A stretch of 64,000 nucleotides of DNA. Source: Caecitellus pseudoparvulus (taxonomy: Eukaryota > Protista > Bigyra: Bicosoecida). A program made the translations under genes and the position numbers. The stretch covers positions 310,001-374,000 of the forward strand of contig CBFFRQ010000080.1 of the NCBI GenBank assembly GCA_965644315.1, in the 5' to 3' direction. The first letter of the stretch is position 1, and the number at the start of each line of letters is the position of its first letter. Below the pieces are notes generated by a model. It saw only the letters and a program-made list of their open reading frames with translations, was not told the origin of the DNA and made no database searches. Positions 24,818 to 35,151 of the stretch are shown here, piece by piece.

Positions 24818-26590
24818 ATGGACTCAACAGAGACTAGAGGTTTCACTGTCGAGTCAGTTGGGGCTTTCGTGGCGAAGTTCAGAGGTGGGCAGCGTTCCCA
24901 GCAGCACGCATCAAATTCCACCCCAGTGACTCCTGCCAAGCAGCAGCCTAGGCGGGCAGGAGTAGCCACATATATGCAGCCTACAGTTTCCACACTCGTT
25001 CGGCATGGAAGAGAGCATGACGAGCCTAGAATTGGGCTTGGCGTGATGGGAGCTTCGCCGAAGGCCAGGCTGGTGTTGAGCGCAGAGCAACACCAATCTC
25101 CGCAGGGTGCTACACGCACGGACGCGAGTGCCCAAAGCGATGGAGCACCATCTCTGCCCATGAGGACCCGATTACCTATGCGGGAATTTGAGGATCAAGC
25201 ACATGCTGGCACTCCGGCGACTTCAACTACCATTCAAGAGCCGGTCGGGGCGGAGCCCGAGGATCGACAGCAGCCCGCCTTGCAGATCGTTGCTGCCGAG
25301 AGTAGTGCTGTAGTGGATCATGCACGCCCGATCAGGCTCTCTTCTAACTTTCCCGAATATGACGCACAGGCACTGTATGAGTGTGAAGCCTTGTGTGGGA
25401 CGCACGGTGCGCGGACCTCGGCGCATCGGAGCTCGAAACCTCCACCTCCAAGCGGCAAGCGCCCGCTCGACGCAGTGCGTATTCAAGAGCGGGGGGCAAC
25501 CCCCCCCAAGTGTACTGCTCCTGCCAATGTGCAGCAATCCTCAAGGTTCGAGGTCGAACGGACTTGTTTTGAAGTGTACCGGGGCGAGGGGGACTGGCTC
25601 CAACCCCAGTACACGTCGCTGGTGTCGCGGACTCTGGCCAAGTCGACGGAAGAGGTGCTTGCCGCCGCAGCCGCCGCAGACTTACAAGCAGCAGATAGGT
25701 TTAAGGAACAGGCTGCTGCACAGCGGCAGATGGCCTTGGCGCAAGCACAGCTTCGCTCGGAGCAAGACCGGCTGATGCACCAGGACGCGTTGCGCCAAGC
25801 CAAGGAACTGCAGGAGCAGATCGACGAGGCAAACGAGCTGCTCTTGAAGCGAGCAACTGAGCGAGAGAACGCAACAAAGCGATTGTTGGCAGCCCATCCG
25901 TCTGCGATTTCCGGTGCCGCCATGGCAGTCGCACAAGAGCTCACTAGATCACCTGGTGAGGAGGCCTCGGCAGAGGCACCCAGCATTTCCGATGCAGCTT
26001 CACTTTCTCGTAATTGGACTCGTGGGCTGGGAATCTCATCTGGGCCGGCACCTGCATCTCTGGGCGTGCTACCTTGGGGGGGGGTGCACTCGACCAGTGG
26101 AGAGGTTGCAGCCAGCCGTCCTTGGTTGCAGAGGAGCTTCACCGCTCGTGACCTCGCCGACGAGGCCAGTGGCTCTAAAGCGCGTAGCGCCTTGGACAAT
26201 GCCAAACAGTTGGGCAGCCCTCGTCCTCCTTCATTGTCCGGGGTCCAGTCTGCGAGGGTAGGAGCAGGGCAAACAACCCACGAGTGCTCACCGGCACTTG
26301 CCACCATACCCACGCGACCTTCAAAACCACCGCGCTCAGATGCCGAATCCAAGGCTGCAGCAAGTTCAAGAAAAGCTTCCTCCGGGATTGTCTCATCGAG
26401 CATGGGCACACCGGTCGATTTGCGGCGCACAGGCTCGACCCGTCGTGGGCCACGAGTAGCTGCTGCTGCGGTTGACCACATCTCGCCCATGACAGCAGCC
26501 CTTGTGGACGACAGAAAGTCAGCTGAGACTTCAAGCAAGGGGGAACTCCAATCAAGCCTTCCATCGTCGCTGCATTGGAGCTGGAAGTAG
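24818..26590 (+). CDS. Hypothetical protein, largely disordered, with a central coiled coil
   Basis: 590-aa ORF that fills the gap between its neighbours. Heptad-like segment (AAAQRQMALAQAQLRSEQDRL..ELQEQIDEANELLLK). No family recognised. Confidence 0.6.
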   Translation: MDSTETRGFTVESVGAFVAKFRGGQRSQQHASNSTPVTPAKQQPRRAGVATYMQPTVSTLVRHGREHDEPRIGLGVMGASPKARLVLSAEQHQSPQGATRTDASAQSDGAPSLPMRTRLPMREFEDQAHAGTPATSTTIQEPVGAEPEDRQQPALQIVAAESSAVVDHARPIRLSSNFPEYDAQALYECEALCGTHGARTSAHRSSKPPPPSGKRPLDAVRIQERGATPPKCTAPANVQQSSRFEVERTCFEVYRGEGDWLQPQYTSLVSRTLAKSTEEVLAAAAAADLQAADRFKEQAAAQRQMALAQAQLRSEQDRLMHQDALRQAKELQEQIDEANELLLKRATERENATKRLLAAHPSAISGAAMAVAQELTRSPGEEASAEAPSISDAASLSRNWTRGLGISSGPAPASLGVLPWGGVHSTSGEVAASRPWLQRSFTARDLADEASGSKARSALDNAKQLGSPRPPSLSGVQSARVGAGQTTHECSPALATIPTRPSKPPRSDAESKAAASSRKASSGIVSSSMGTPVDLRRTGSTRRGPRVAAAAVDHISPMTAALVDDRKSAETSSKGELQSSLPSSLHWSWK

Positions 26591-26762
26591 ACCTGCGCAG
26601 GGCTCACCTGCCCTTCCTTGGTTCACGACAAAACGCGCAGGCGCTGATCAGCCGGAGTTGGGGCCTCAAAATCCATACCCACCCAGCTTTGCCCCTTCAT
26701 CGTTTGGTGCGTCTTGCAAGGAAGCAGCTGTCTCGTGTCGCCAGGGCTCGCCCAAGTCAACC

Positions 26763-29562
26763 ATGGAGAGTCTGTTTTTCTCCAGGAGGGCCAAAGCCAG
26801 CGACTCTGAGGCTTGCTTCGAGATCTGCTGCGCGACAGGCAACGGGGGGGAAGACGCCAGAGACATCTACAAACAGGATCCCCAATGCCTGGGTAGAATC
26901 TACACGCAGCCCTATCTTGAGTTCTCCATCGTGAGTGCCGGACGTAGCGGCGTTTCGCTGCGCAGCCGAAACGCCAAGATCACACTCGCCGCTCGGGCGT
27001 CAGGACACCTGCTTCGTGCTGACAGATCCACGTGGCGTTTGTGGTTATACACTTGGAGTTCCAGATACGAAGGCATTCTCAGAGTGGATGCTTACACAGT
27101 ACCTGCCAAGGCTTCAGGAGAAGTTCCCGCGGCCCGACGCTGGTCGACGGCTGAGTTGGAGTGCAGAGGAAGAGGTGTACGAGCAGTACTACACGTGGCA
27201 GCCCCACTTTCCCGCAGCATATGAAGATTTGTATCCAGGCCACCTGCACATTGATCTGATGCCTCGAGCAAGGGGCAAGGGGCAGGGAAGGGCGCTTGTG
27301 GAGACCATGCTTGACTCGCTTCTGGCAGCAGGGGCTGCAGGCGTGCACTTGGAGATGGCCCGCAGCAACACACACGCGTACGGCTTTTACAAGCGCATTG
27401 GCTTTCATGAATTGGGGCGTTTAGGGGAGGATCTCTGGATGGGCATACGGCCTTCACGAGTGCCAATCACGACTGCGCTGCGCAAGCCGCTGTCGCCGAG
27501 AGACTTCGTGACCGGAGTTGTGGAGGGGTTCTATGGTGCTCCTTGGTCCTCCGAGCAACGTACCGAGCTGCTGCACCGCATGGGGCGGTGGGGAATGGGG
27601 GTGTATCTGTACGCCCCGAAAGATGATGCCAAGCACCGAGCGCTTTGGCGGGAACCCTACACCGACTCAGAAGCCGACCGACTGCGCGTTCTCATCGAGG
27701 TGTGCCACGCCCAAGGCTTACGCTTTGCGTATGGCATCGCCCCTGGGTTGGATTTGCGGTACAATGACGACAGTGACCAGCTTGCCTTGTTCCGCAAGGT
27801 GGAGCAAGTGTTGCGTCTGGGGGCAACGTCCGTGGCTGTCCTGTTGGATGACGTGCCAGAGCAACTCAGCAGTGCAGATGAGGCTGCATTTGGCAGCGTG
27901 GCGTCAGCTCAGTGTGCGGCGGCGAATGCCCTCGTCATGTCCGTCCTGTCACTGGCACGGCAAGGCCAAGTGTCCCTGATGTGCCCGAGCAGCACACCGT
28001 CCAGCGCGACGGCGGCTGCGGCAGCGGTTGAGGGCAAGACTGGCAACGCCACGGCCATCGTCGATCCATGGAGCTTTTTGATTTGCCCCACCCAGTATTG
28101 CTCTGCCCTGTGCCCCGGCGGCAAGCCGGTGCAGTCCGCGTACCTGCAGACGATGGGGCGCGAGTTGCTGCCCGAGTATGTGGCGCTGTGGACTGGGCCA
28201 GATGTCATTTCGCAAGCCATCCCCCCGCAGCACATCCTTCGCGTCAGCAGGACTCTGCAGCGGCGCCTGGTCATTTGGGACAACCTGCACGCCAATGACT
28301 ACGACAATGGCCGGCGCGTGTTCCTCGGGCCTTACGGGCCTGGGCGAGACGCTGACGACTTGCCCAGCATTTGCCACGGCATTCTGTGCAACCCGAATTG
28401 TGAATTCGAGGCGAACTTCGTGCCCCTGCGCACCCTTTCGTTGTTCGGGCGGCACACGCACTGGGCGGGTGCGCTGGATGACCTTCCGGAAGTGTACCTG
28501 CACGCCATTGAGGCCCCCCCCACGGCAGACATCGTCTCCTCTGCGACTCTCTCGGCCCCAGAGCGTGTCGCTGGCGGATTTGATGTGCGCTCTGCTTTCA
28601 AGACGGCAGTGGCAGAGTGGCATGCCGAGTGCTGGGTCACCTCGAGTTCTGGCGGGGAGGCCGAGGGGAAGGAGGGAGCCGCCCCCCTGCACTTGGACGA
28701 CCTCATCCTCGTCTGTGACGCATTCTATCTACCGTATCAGATTGGCCCCCGAGCCGCTCTGCTGCTGTCCTGCTTGCGCCACGCCCTGGTCGCGACTGAC
28801 TTCGATGGGCGGGTGACGGGCCTGCCACCACAGCAGGTGCACGCTCGTGTGGCGGGTAAGGCGCTGGACCCCGTCGACTGGAAGTACACGACGCACTTTC
28901 CTGATGCACCAGATCTTAACTCACCCCCTGAGGTCCCCGGCGCTGTGTTCATGAGCCCTGGGTCTGCAGAAGCCACGCGAAGGGGGTCCAGGCCTTGCAT
29001 GGAGTGGCTGGCAGAGATTGGCGCCAGCCCATCTCGCCCAGCGCACTCACAGGGATGTGCGTCTGCTGCTGATGTACAGCTCTCCATACGAGTGCACCAG
29101 CAGGATACGCATGATCTGGCGCCCCTGACCTCTCCCTCCCTCAAATCGGCCAGGAGTGCGCAGCCAGCAGCAAGTGCCGTGAAGCAGGCAAAGTGCATGT
29201 GCGAAGCTGTTGGGCGAGTCTTTGAGGCTTCCACGCGGCTGAAGCGAAGGAGCCTCGCTTACTCGCTGTACAGGTTCTTGTGGGATGCAAAAGAGCGAGG
29301 GGAGGCTGCCGTTGAGTACCTCGCGTGGGCCCAGTCTCGGCAGGCGGCGGCGCTTCGGACGCCAGCGGCGCCTGCCCCGCTTCCACCCCCACGACCCAGA
29401 CACAGCCCTGTGATGGAGTCCAAGTGGCACAAGGCGGGACCTATCGGAGGCGGCTTCATAGCTGCTTTCGATTCGATGCTCTTCTTCGATGCCAGGCAGG
29501 GGGGCTTCTCTGCAGCGCGACTGGTTGTGCCTCACACGCAGTCTCCTGACGTGCAAGGGTGA
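26763..29562 (+). CDS. OGA: O-GlcNAcase (GH84) fused to an N-terminal GNAT acetyltransferase; intron 26931-27003
   Basis: GH84 motifs GVVEGFYGAPW, YLYAPKDD, VLLDD (catalytic DD), CPTQYC, LWTGPDVIS, IWDNLHANDYD and NPNCEFEANFVPL. Stalk motif DLILVCDAFYLPY. GNAT motifs HLHIDLMPRARGKGQGRAL and N..AYGFYKRIGF. Confidence 0.9.
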
Positions 29563-29695
29563 GCCACTCTGCCCGGTGCACAAAAGGCAGTGCCCACACC
29601 ATCCAGTACTATGATGCTCTCATGCTTGGCTGCAGTCCCCTGCTCACCAAGGCTGTGCACCACGTGCCAAGCAGGAGCGCACTGAGACAAGGACC

Positions 29696-30872
29696 ATGGG
29701 ACCACTGCGCGACGAGCCTAAGCGAGGCTCCACCGCCTTTGCTGGGGAGAGGAAGGAAGTTTCCGTTGGAAATCAAGTAGTGGTGCTGCATGGCTGGCCT
29801 CATGAGCAGAAGAATCAGTACATTCTCACCGGTGCGCTGTTTTGCACCCTGTGGTGTTGTTCGATTTCCGCACGGAGCACCTGCGCCTCTCTCGGGCTTT
29901 GCAGGGTACAAGTACCATGAAACCCCCTGGGAGACTTTGGAGCACTTTGTGTCCTTGACGAATGAAACTGCAAACATTGCCACGGCATTGATCGAGGCGG
30001 CACTTGGAGTCTGGTGAGTGCAGAGGCACCGGAGTGTGGCGTGGTTGCATTGTGCTCCGCAGTGCTGCACAACACTACCACGTTTCCCATGCAGGCTTGG
30101 CTGGGCTACCCTTCACCACTGGGATGACCTTGCTGCAGACTCTCGGGTGTATTTCCTTGTGGCTGCTGTGGCATACGTGCTGGCCACCGTGGCCATTGTT
30201 GCCTATCACACCTGCAACACCCACGCCCCACTGTACCACATTTCCAGCGCCTCGGATCTGCTGGCCATCAACGTTTCCATTGTCGCCATGGCATTGTGTT
30301 GTACTGCTGCTGGGATTCCAAATCGTCTTGTTGGGCTTGTTGTGGCAGAGGATCTCATGCTGCTGGGCACGCTGGTCACAGTTGGCCTCGCAGCCGGTGG
30401 GGTCTTTGCATACCGCATCCAGTTGACTCGCGAGGCCCCCAAGTGGACGATTCTGGCAAACATATCACCGGCTGGTTGGTTCCCTCAGCCAGAGCACTGC
30501 CCGCCCAGCCCGCACGCAGGCACGCTTTCTCTTCCACCTTTCTTTGCAGTCACAGTTGGCCTCGCGTACTTGGAGTGGGCATTCGGACAAGACTTCCTTT
30601 GCTGGCTGATCCCAGAGGGTGCCTCGCTGCAAGAGCAAGACCTTGCGCGCAGCCCTTTGGGCGATGCCCACCATGGCATGTGGTTCGTCGTCGCAATCTT
30701 TGGGGGGGGCGCCTTGTACGGGCTCAAGTTTCCCGAGCGCTGCTTCCCTCTGACGTTTGACTTGATTGGGAACAGCCACAACATCTGGCATGTGGGGTAC
30801 GTGATTGGGCTGTTTGCTTTGACATGGGACTGCTTCCAAGCGGCCCTGCTGCACGGGGCAGGGTCTACATAG
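29696..30872 (+). CDS. PAQR / haemolysin-III (adiponectin-receptor-like) multi-pass membrane protein; introns 29832-29904 and about 30014-30094
   Basis: NQYILTGY, NETANI, AYHT, KFPERCFPLTFDLIGNSHNIWHV, and several hydrophobic helices. Confidence 0.88.
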
Positions 30873-31216
30873 TGCACACCACTGATGGTGTTTGGCGCAT
30901 TGTGGAGTCAATGCAAAGCTGCGTGTTTGTGGGGGTGGTTGTATTTTCAGTTGGCGAGAGTGCAGCCCCGCGACCGGAATGTGCGGGCGCAAGGCTGCCT
31001 GGTGCAAGCTCTCCCTCTCACTGTGACACCGGTCAGCACAATCAAAGCAGTGGACATCAAATCGAAGCATGAGGGGCATCATTCCACAACTTTGTTCTAG
31101 CTTGCAGCCTGAGGCACAGCAGATTCGTTGCTGAGGCGAGGAAGGGACAGGTGCACAGAAACGCAGCGCAGCCGCTAGGTGCCTGCCACGCTGCAAGTCA
31201 GCGGATTTTCGAGGCC

Positions 31217-34200
31217 ATGCGCCGGTTTCGCGCCTATTCAATATGCTCACTTCTTTTTATTTTTGCCTTGTCGCAAATGGATTGTGCTTGGGGAGCACAG
31301 GGTGAGCTTGTGGCTTGTAAAGGCTGGCGTTTCACAAGGCAGCACTCGTCTGCTGAAACGCCCGCAGTGAACTATGAGTTTGAGCACTCGACGGAAGGCT
31401 GGGGAAATACCAGCGCTTTGAGCATGGGCATGGAGATTTCGGTGCAGGGAGGGGTTTTGGAGCTGGCAGGTGTCCAGTCCACGGGGAGCATGGACTCGCC
31501 CCTCCTTCTGGCTCCAGTGAATGACTACACAGTCCTGGCGATTCGATGCAGGCACCAAGGAAAGGCTCTCCTATCCCGTCTTCGCTTCCGGCGGGGGCAT
31601 GAGGTGCCGCCGGCAAGGTATGCTCAAGGACATGGCTCGTGGGGGGGGGCAACAGAGCTGCAAAGAGAGTTTTCCTTGCGAGGTGGAGGGCAGTTCAGCA
31701 CCCACTTCATCAGCCTTTCCGCGACCAAGCCTGCGGGGGCACCCCGAAGTTTGGGGAACGTCACACAGATTCGGCTTGAGCTTGGGGTTGGTGGTGGCTT
31801 TCAGGGCCGTGTCGTGCAAGTTCAGTACATCAGGCTGGTGCAGGCTCCCGCCATCCAGCGGGTCACTGGCTGTCAGAGCGTGTCCCACCCCAAAGCCCAA
31901 CTTGGGGAAGCACCCATTCAGTACCCCCGCGCTCCTTTCCAGAGCTGGGTGCGCCCTCCGAGTAGCTCCGCTTCGCGGTGGTACGCGGCATGGGAGGATG
32001 CGGTGGTACTGTCTGAGGAAGGTGCAAGCCTCGATTCCTCCCTGCCGTACGCCGCGACATACGCGTGTGCAAGTACTGGAGGGGATCGCATACTCATTGA
32101 AGGTTCAGGATTTGGTGCTGAGCTCCCCATTGTGTCTGTGGGTGGAGCGCCGTGCACTGACGTTCGCAGCGTGCGGCTCGGGGAGGCAGTCACGTGTCTT
32201 GTGCCGCCAGGCAACGGTCAACGCGTGAATGTCAGTGTGGCAACTGGGAAAATGCCTGGGCTGGCAAGCTCTGCCCCGCTTCTTTCGTATGCTCAAGGCC
32301 CCCGCAAGCCCCCAATTCTGATCGCTAGCAACATCGGTGCCCGGCACCTCGACCTCAGCTGGATGCCATCGACCAGTCTCTGGGAAGCCTGGGCAACCAC
32401 TGGGTATGCCATTCAATGGCGCAGGGAAAAGCCCCTTTCTGACATCTTAGTGAACGGTTCATACCCCCCGCAGTACCGCTTCGACACAAACCCGAGTGGC
32501 CAGCACATTTTGGTCGACACGGTGCGCCCTTGGCAAGTAAGCCAGGCGTTCCTGGAGTGTTGCAGCGGAGGCTGGGGGCCGTGGGGCGGAGAGGATGGCA
32601 GCATGCACTTGGTGGTTGGAAACATGACAACAACCACAGTTGTTGGGTTGCAGCCAGACACTCGCTTCCAGTTCCGGATCGCAGCCCTGTCCGAGCCGAC
32701 CCTGACTGCCTCTTGGCTGGAGGTGGACCTGTATGGCCACCGCCGGGAAGTGCCTGGCTTCCAGCGAGGTCCTTGGTCTGAGGCGACCTCCATTGAGCGA
32801 ACTCTGGATGCTGATTTTGCATTTCCCTTCTTCAATGCCAACTTCACCCTGAATCATGGAGCGAAGGACGCTCGAGCAAGTCTTGGGCAGCTGGGCAACC
32901 TTGGCGGGCAAGGCCACTACGGGCTCCTGCTCGCGGGCTCAGCGTCAGTGGGCGGATGCAATGCCACGCACAGCTGCTGTGATGGGTTTGGTGGTTCTCC
33001 TGCTGTGCAGGACTACCTTGCCCCGAAACCGCTGCACTGGGTCCGAGACATGGAGCAAGCGTTCATGTACCCTGCCGACACCCTACGGGGCGCGAGCTTG
33101 GGGCAGCTTTCGCTGGGTGGATCTCAAGAAGACGCGGCCCGAGCCCTGGAGCAAGTGGCTTTGGATCCTGTTGGAGGCCTCTCTGCGCCCTTTCAGAACT
33201 TCACGCTCGCAGCGTTGCAAGCTGCAGCCCGTCACAACGCACTCGTCGCAACAGCACTGCAGGACGGCTGGAGCAACCAAACAGCATCCACGCTGCAGTC
33301 ACAGCTGGTGGCAGCACACCAACGGTCTATCCGTGGTGACTGGAACTTTCGAAGTGTCCTGCGAAGTGTCCGCTCGCTCACCCAAGGCGCCCCTGACAGC
33401 ACGTGCACGTTGCAATGTGCGGCACAAGCGAGCATTCTGCCCTTGTATGTCAACGGCGAAGCTCAGCGCAGGTCAACTGCACCAAAGCCGCTGACCGTGC
33501 AAGTGGAAGGGGTGGGACTCTTGAATGCGTCAGACTATGCCTGGGCAGTGAGCAGCTCAGGGTTTCCCGGAGACGTGAGTGTGCTGCGTCGACTCGGGGT
33601 TGCAGTGCTCAGCATGCACGCTCAGCTCCCAACAGCAAAGCGAGACGTGCTTGGCCGGCCGAGAGCTGCATCAAAGTACCCCACAGGCATTCAAGTGGGT
33701 GCTCCGTCAGCTTTTGGTCGCCCTGCCACGAGCCCGTGCGGCCCCGTGCTGCGTATCACGCCACCCATGCCGCGACAGGTGGGTGCTGCCTGGTACCCGA
33801 AGGCCCAGCAAGTTCGAGAGGGTTTCTCAACGCGATTCAGGCTACGATTGGCGTCACCTTCTACGCACTGCAAGCGCATGCACGACGGTCACACCCATTG
33901 TCGCTCCAGGGGCGGGGACGGCATTGCATTTGTGGTACAGAACCAGCACCCGTCTGCGCTTGGTGCCGCTGGCCAGGGGCTGGGGTACGAGGGAATCAAG
34001 AACAGCATAGCTGTCGAGTTTGACTCGTTCATGAACTACGACCAATTTGATCCCATGGAGAACCACATAAGCGTGCAGACACGGGGTTGGGAGTTTGCCA
34101 ACTCCGCCAACCACTCGTATTCACTGGGGCAAGCAGTGCGGGGTGTGCCTGACCTGACTGATGGCGTGCTGGACGTGCGCGTCACATACACCCCTGCGAT

Positions 34201-34582
34201 GGATGTCGACGAAGCGGCGTTCATGGCAGACAATTTGATGTCCTTGGCCCACTTCATCACCGATGGGCGGGATTTCAAGGCAGGCGCTGCTCCGCAATGG
34301 GTGACAGGCCTCGGTGTCATTCGCGTGTATTTGTTTGGGGCAGCCACTCCATTGCTCACGGTTCCGTGCAACTTGGAGAACACCCTGCGCCTGGACCAGG
34401 GCCGGGCATGGGTGGGCTTCACTGCCAGCACAGGGTCCAGTGCATGGCAGGGCCACGAGGTGTTGGCTTGGGAGTTCACGCAGGAGCGCCAGCACCACGC
34501 AAGGCAAGCTGCCTCGGGTCCAGCGTTCACTCCAAACGGCGAGGGGGGTTACCTGCCGTTTGTGAGCAATTCAATGAGCTAG
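31217..34582 (+). CDS. Secreted multidomain protein: signal peptide, IPT/TIG, fibronectin III and legume (L-type) lectin domain
   Basis: Hydrophobic signal (SLLFIFALS). IPT: GGDRILIEGSGFG..VSVGGAPC..TCLVPPG. FN3: LDLSW..GYAIQW..GLQPDTRFQFRIAA. Lectin: GAAWY, GGDGIAFVVQ, SIAVEFDS, NHISV, AWVGFTASTG. Confidence 0.8.
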   Translation: MRRFRAYSICSLLFIFALSQMDCAWGAQGELVACKGWRFTRQHSSAETPAVNYEFEHSTEGWGNTSALSMGMEISVQGGVLELAGVQSTGSMDSPLLLAPVNDYTVLAIRCRHQGKALLSRLRFRRGHEVPPARYAQGHGSWGGATELQREFSLRGGGQFSTHFISLSATKPAGAPRSLGNVTQIRLELGVGGGFQGRVVQVQYIRLVQAPAIQRVTGCQSVSHPKAQLGEAPIQYPRAPFQSWVRPPSSSASRWYAAWEDAVVLSEEGASLDSSLPYAATYACASTGGDRILIEGSGFGAELPIVSVGGAPCTDVRSVRLGEAVTCLVPPGNGQRVNVSVATGKMPGLASSAPLLSYAQGPRKPPILIASNIGARHLDLSWMPSTSLWEAWATTGYAIQWRREKPLSDILVNGSYPPQYRFDTNPSGQHILVDTVRPWQVSQAFLECCSGGWGPWGGEDGSMHLVVGNMTTTTVVGLQPDTRFQFRIAALSEPTLTASWLEVDLYGHRREVPGFQRGPWSEATSIERTLDADFAFPFFNANFTLNHGAKDARASLGQLGNLGGQGHYGLLLAGSASVGGCNATHSCCDGFGGSPAVQDYLAPKPLHWVRDMEQAFMYPADTLRGASLGQLSLGGSQEDAARALEQVALDPVGGLSAPFQNFTLAALQAAARHNALVATALQDGWSNQTASTLQSQLVAAHQRSIRGDWNFRSVLRSVRSLTQGAPDSTCTLQCAAQASILPLYVNGEAQRRSTAPKPLTVQVEGVGLLNASDYAWAVSSSGFPGDVSVLRRLGVAVLSMHAQLPTAKRDVLGRPRAASKYPTGIQVGAPSAFGRPATSPCGPVLRITPPMPRQVGAAWYPKAQQVREGFSTRFRLRLASPSTHCKRMHDGHTHCRSRGGDGIAFVVQNQHPSALGAAGQGLGYEGIKNSIAVEFDSFMNYDQFDPMENHISVQTRGWEFANSANHSYSLGQAVRGVPDLTDGVLDVRVTYTPAMDVDEAAFMADNLMSLAHFITDGRDFKAGAAPQWVTGLGVIRVYLFGAATPLLTVPCNLENTLRLDQGRAWVGFTASTGSSAWQGHEVLAWEFTQERQHHARQAASGPAFTPNGEGGYLPFVSNSMS

Positions 34583-34635
34583 GGCGCGGCTGGCGCGTGC
34601 GCGGCTGCCAGGCCATCGTCTGCACGTTGACCAGG

Positions 34636-34932
34636 TCATAGTTCTCGTTTGGGTGCGATGAGTGGGTGCCACTGAGACATCCACGTGCAGAACCACATCA
34701 GCCACATGCATGCAGCGGCTAGGCAGATGAGAGTTGCGTTCGTTCTGTCGTTCGTGGGGGGGGGGGGGGGGCTGAAAAGGTGCAGGCCACGTGCGGAAAT
34801 CGACGCGCCTCACCCGAAGTTATCCTTGCGCAGAAGTCCAGCACACCCGGCCAGGGCGACGATTCCGACCAGGACAGCAGCAATGATGGCAAACAGTGCC
34901 GTTCCTGTCAGCAAGGCGCCAACTTCCGTCAT
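34636..34932 (-). CDS. VMA9: V-ATPase V0 subunit e (Vma9/ATP6V0E); intron 34745-34813
   Basis: Spliced product MTEVGALLTGTALFAIIAAVLVGIVALAGCAGLLRKDNFGTNATLICLAAACMWLMWFCTWMSQWHPLIAPKREL, with the diagnostic CMWLMW..WMSQWHPLI.P. Canonical GTGAGG..ACAG intron. Confidence 0.88.
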
Positions 34933-35151
34933 CTCGAGTGGTGGCACGGATGGACACGGAGGGGCAGGACCAAGCACAGAGGAGAGCTTTGCTGCTGCGC
35001 TGCTGTGGATTGAAGGGCAATGCCGTGCGGCGCAGCACCGCAGCGGAGTAGGTGTATCGGAGATGCTTGGCAATTTAAGTTACCTTCATTCTTGCTTTGC
35101 ACGCAGCCGGGTTGCCAGTCTGGCCTTGTCCCCGCTGAAGCTGCGCGACAG

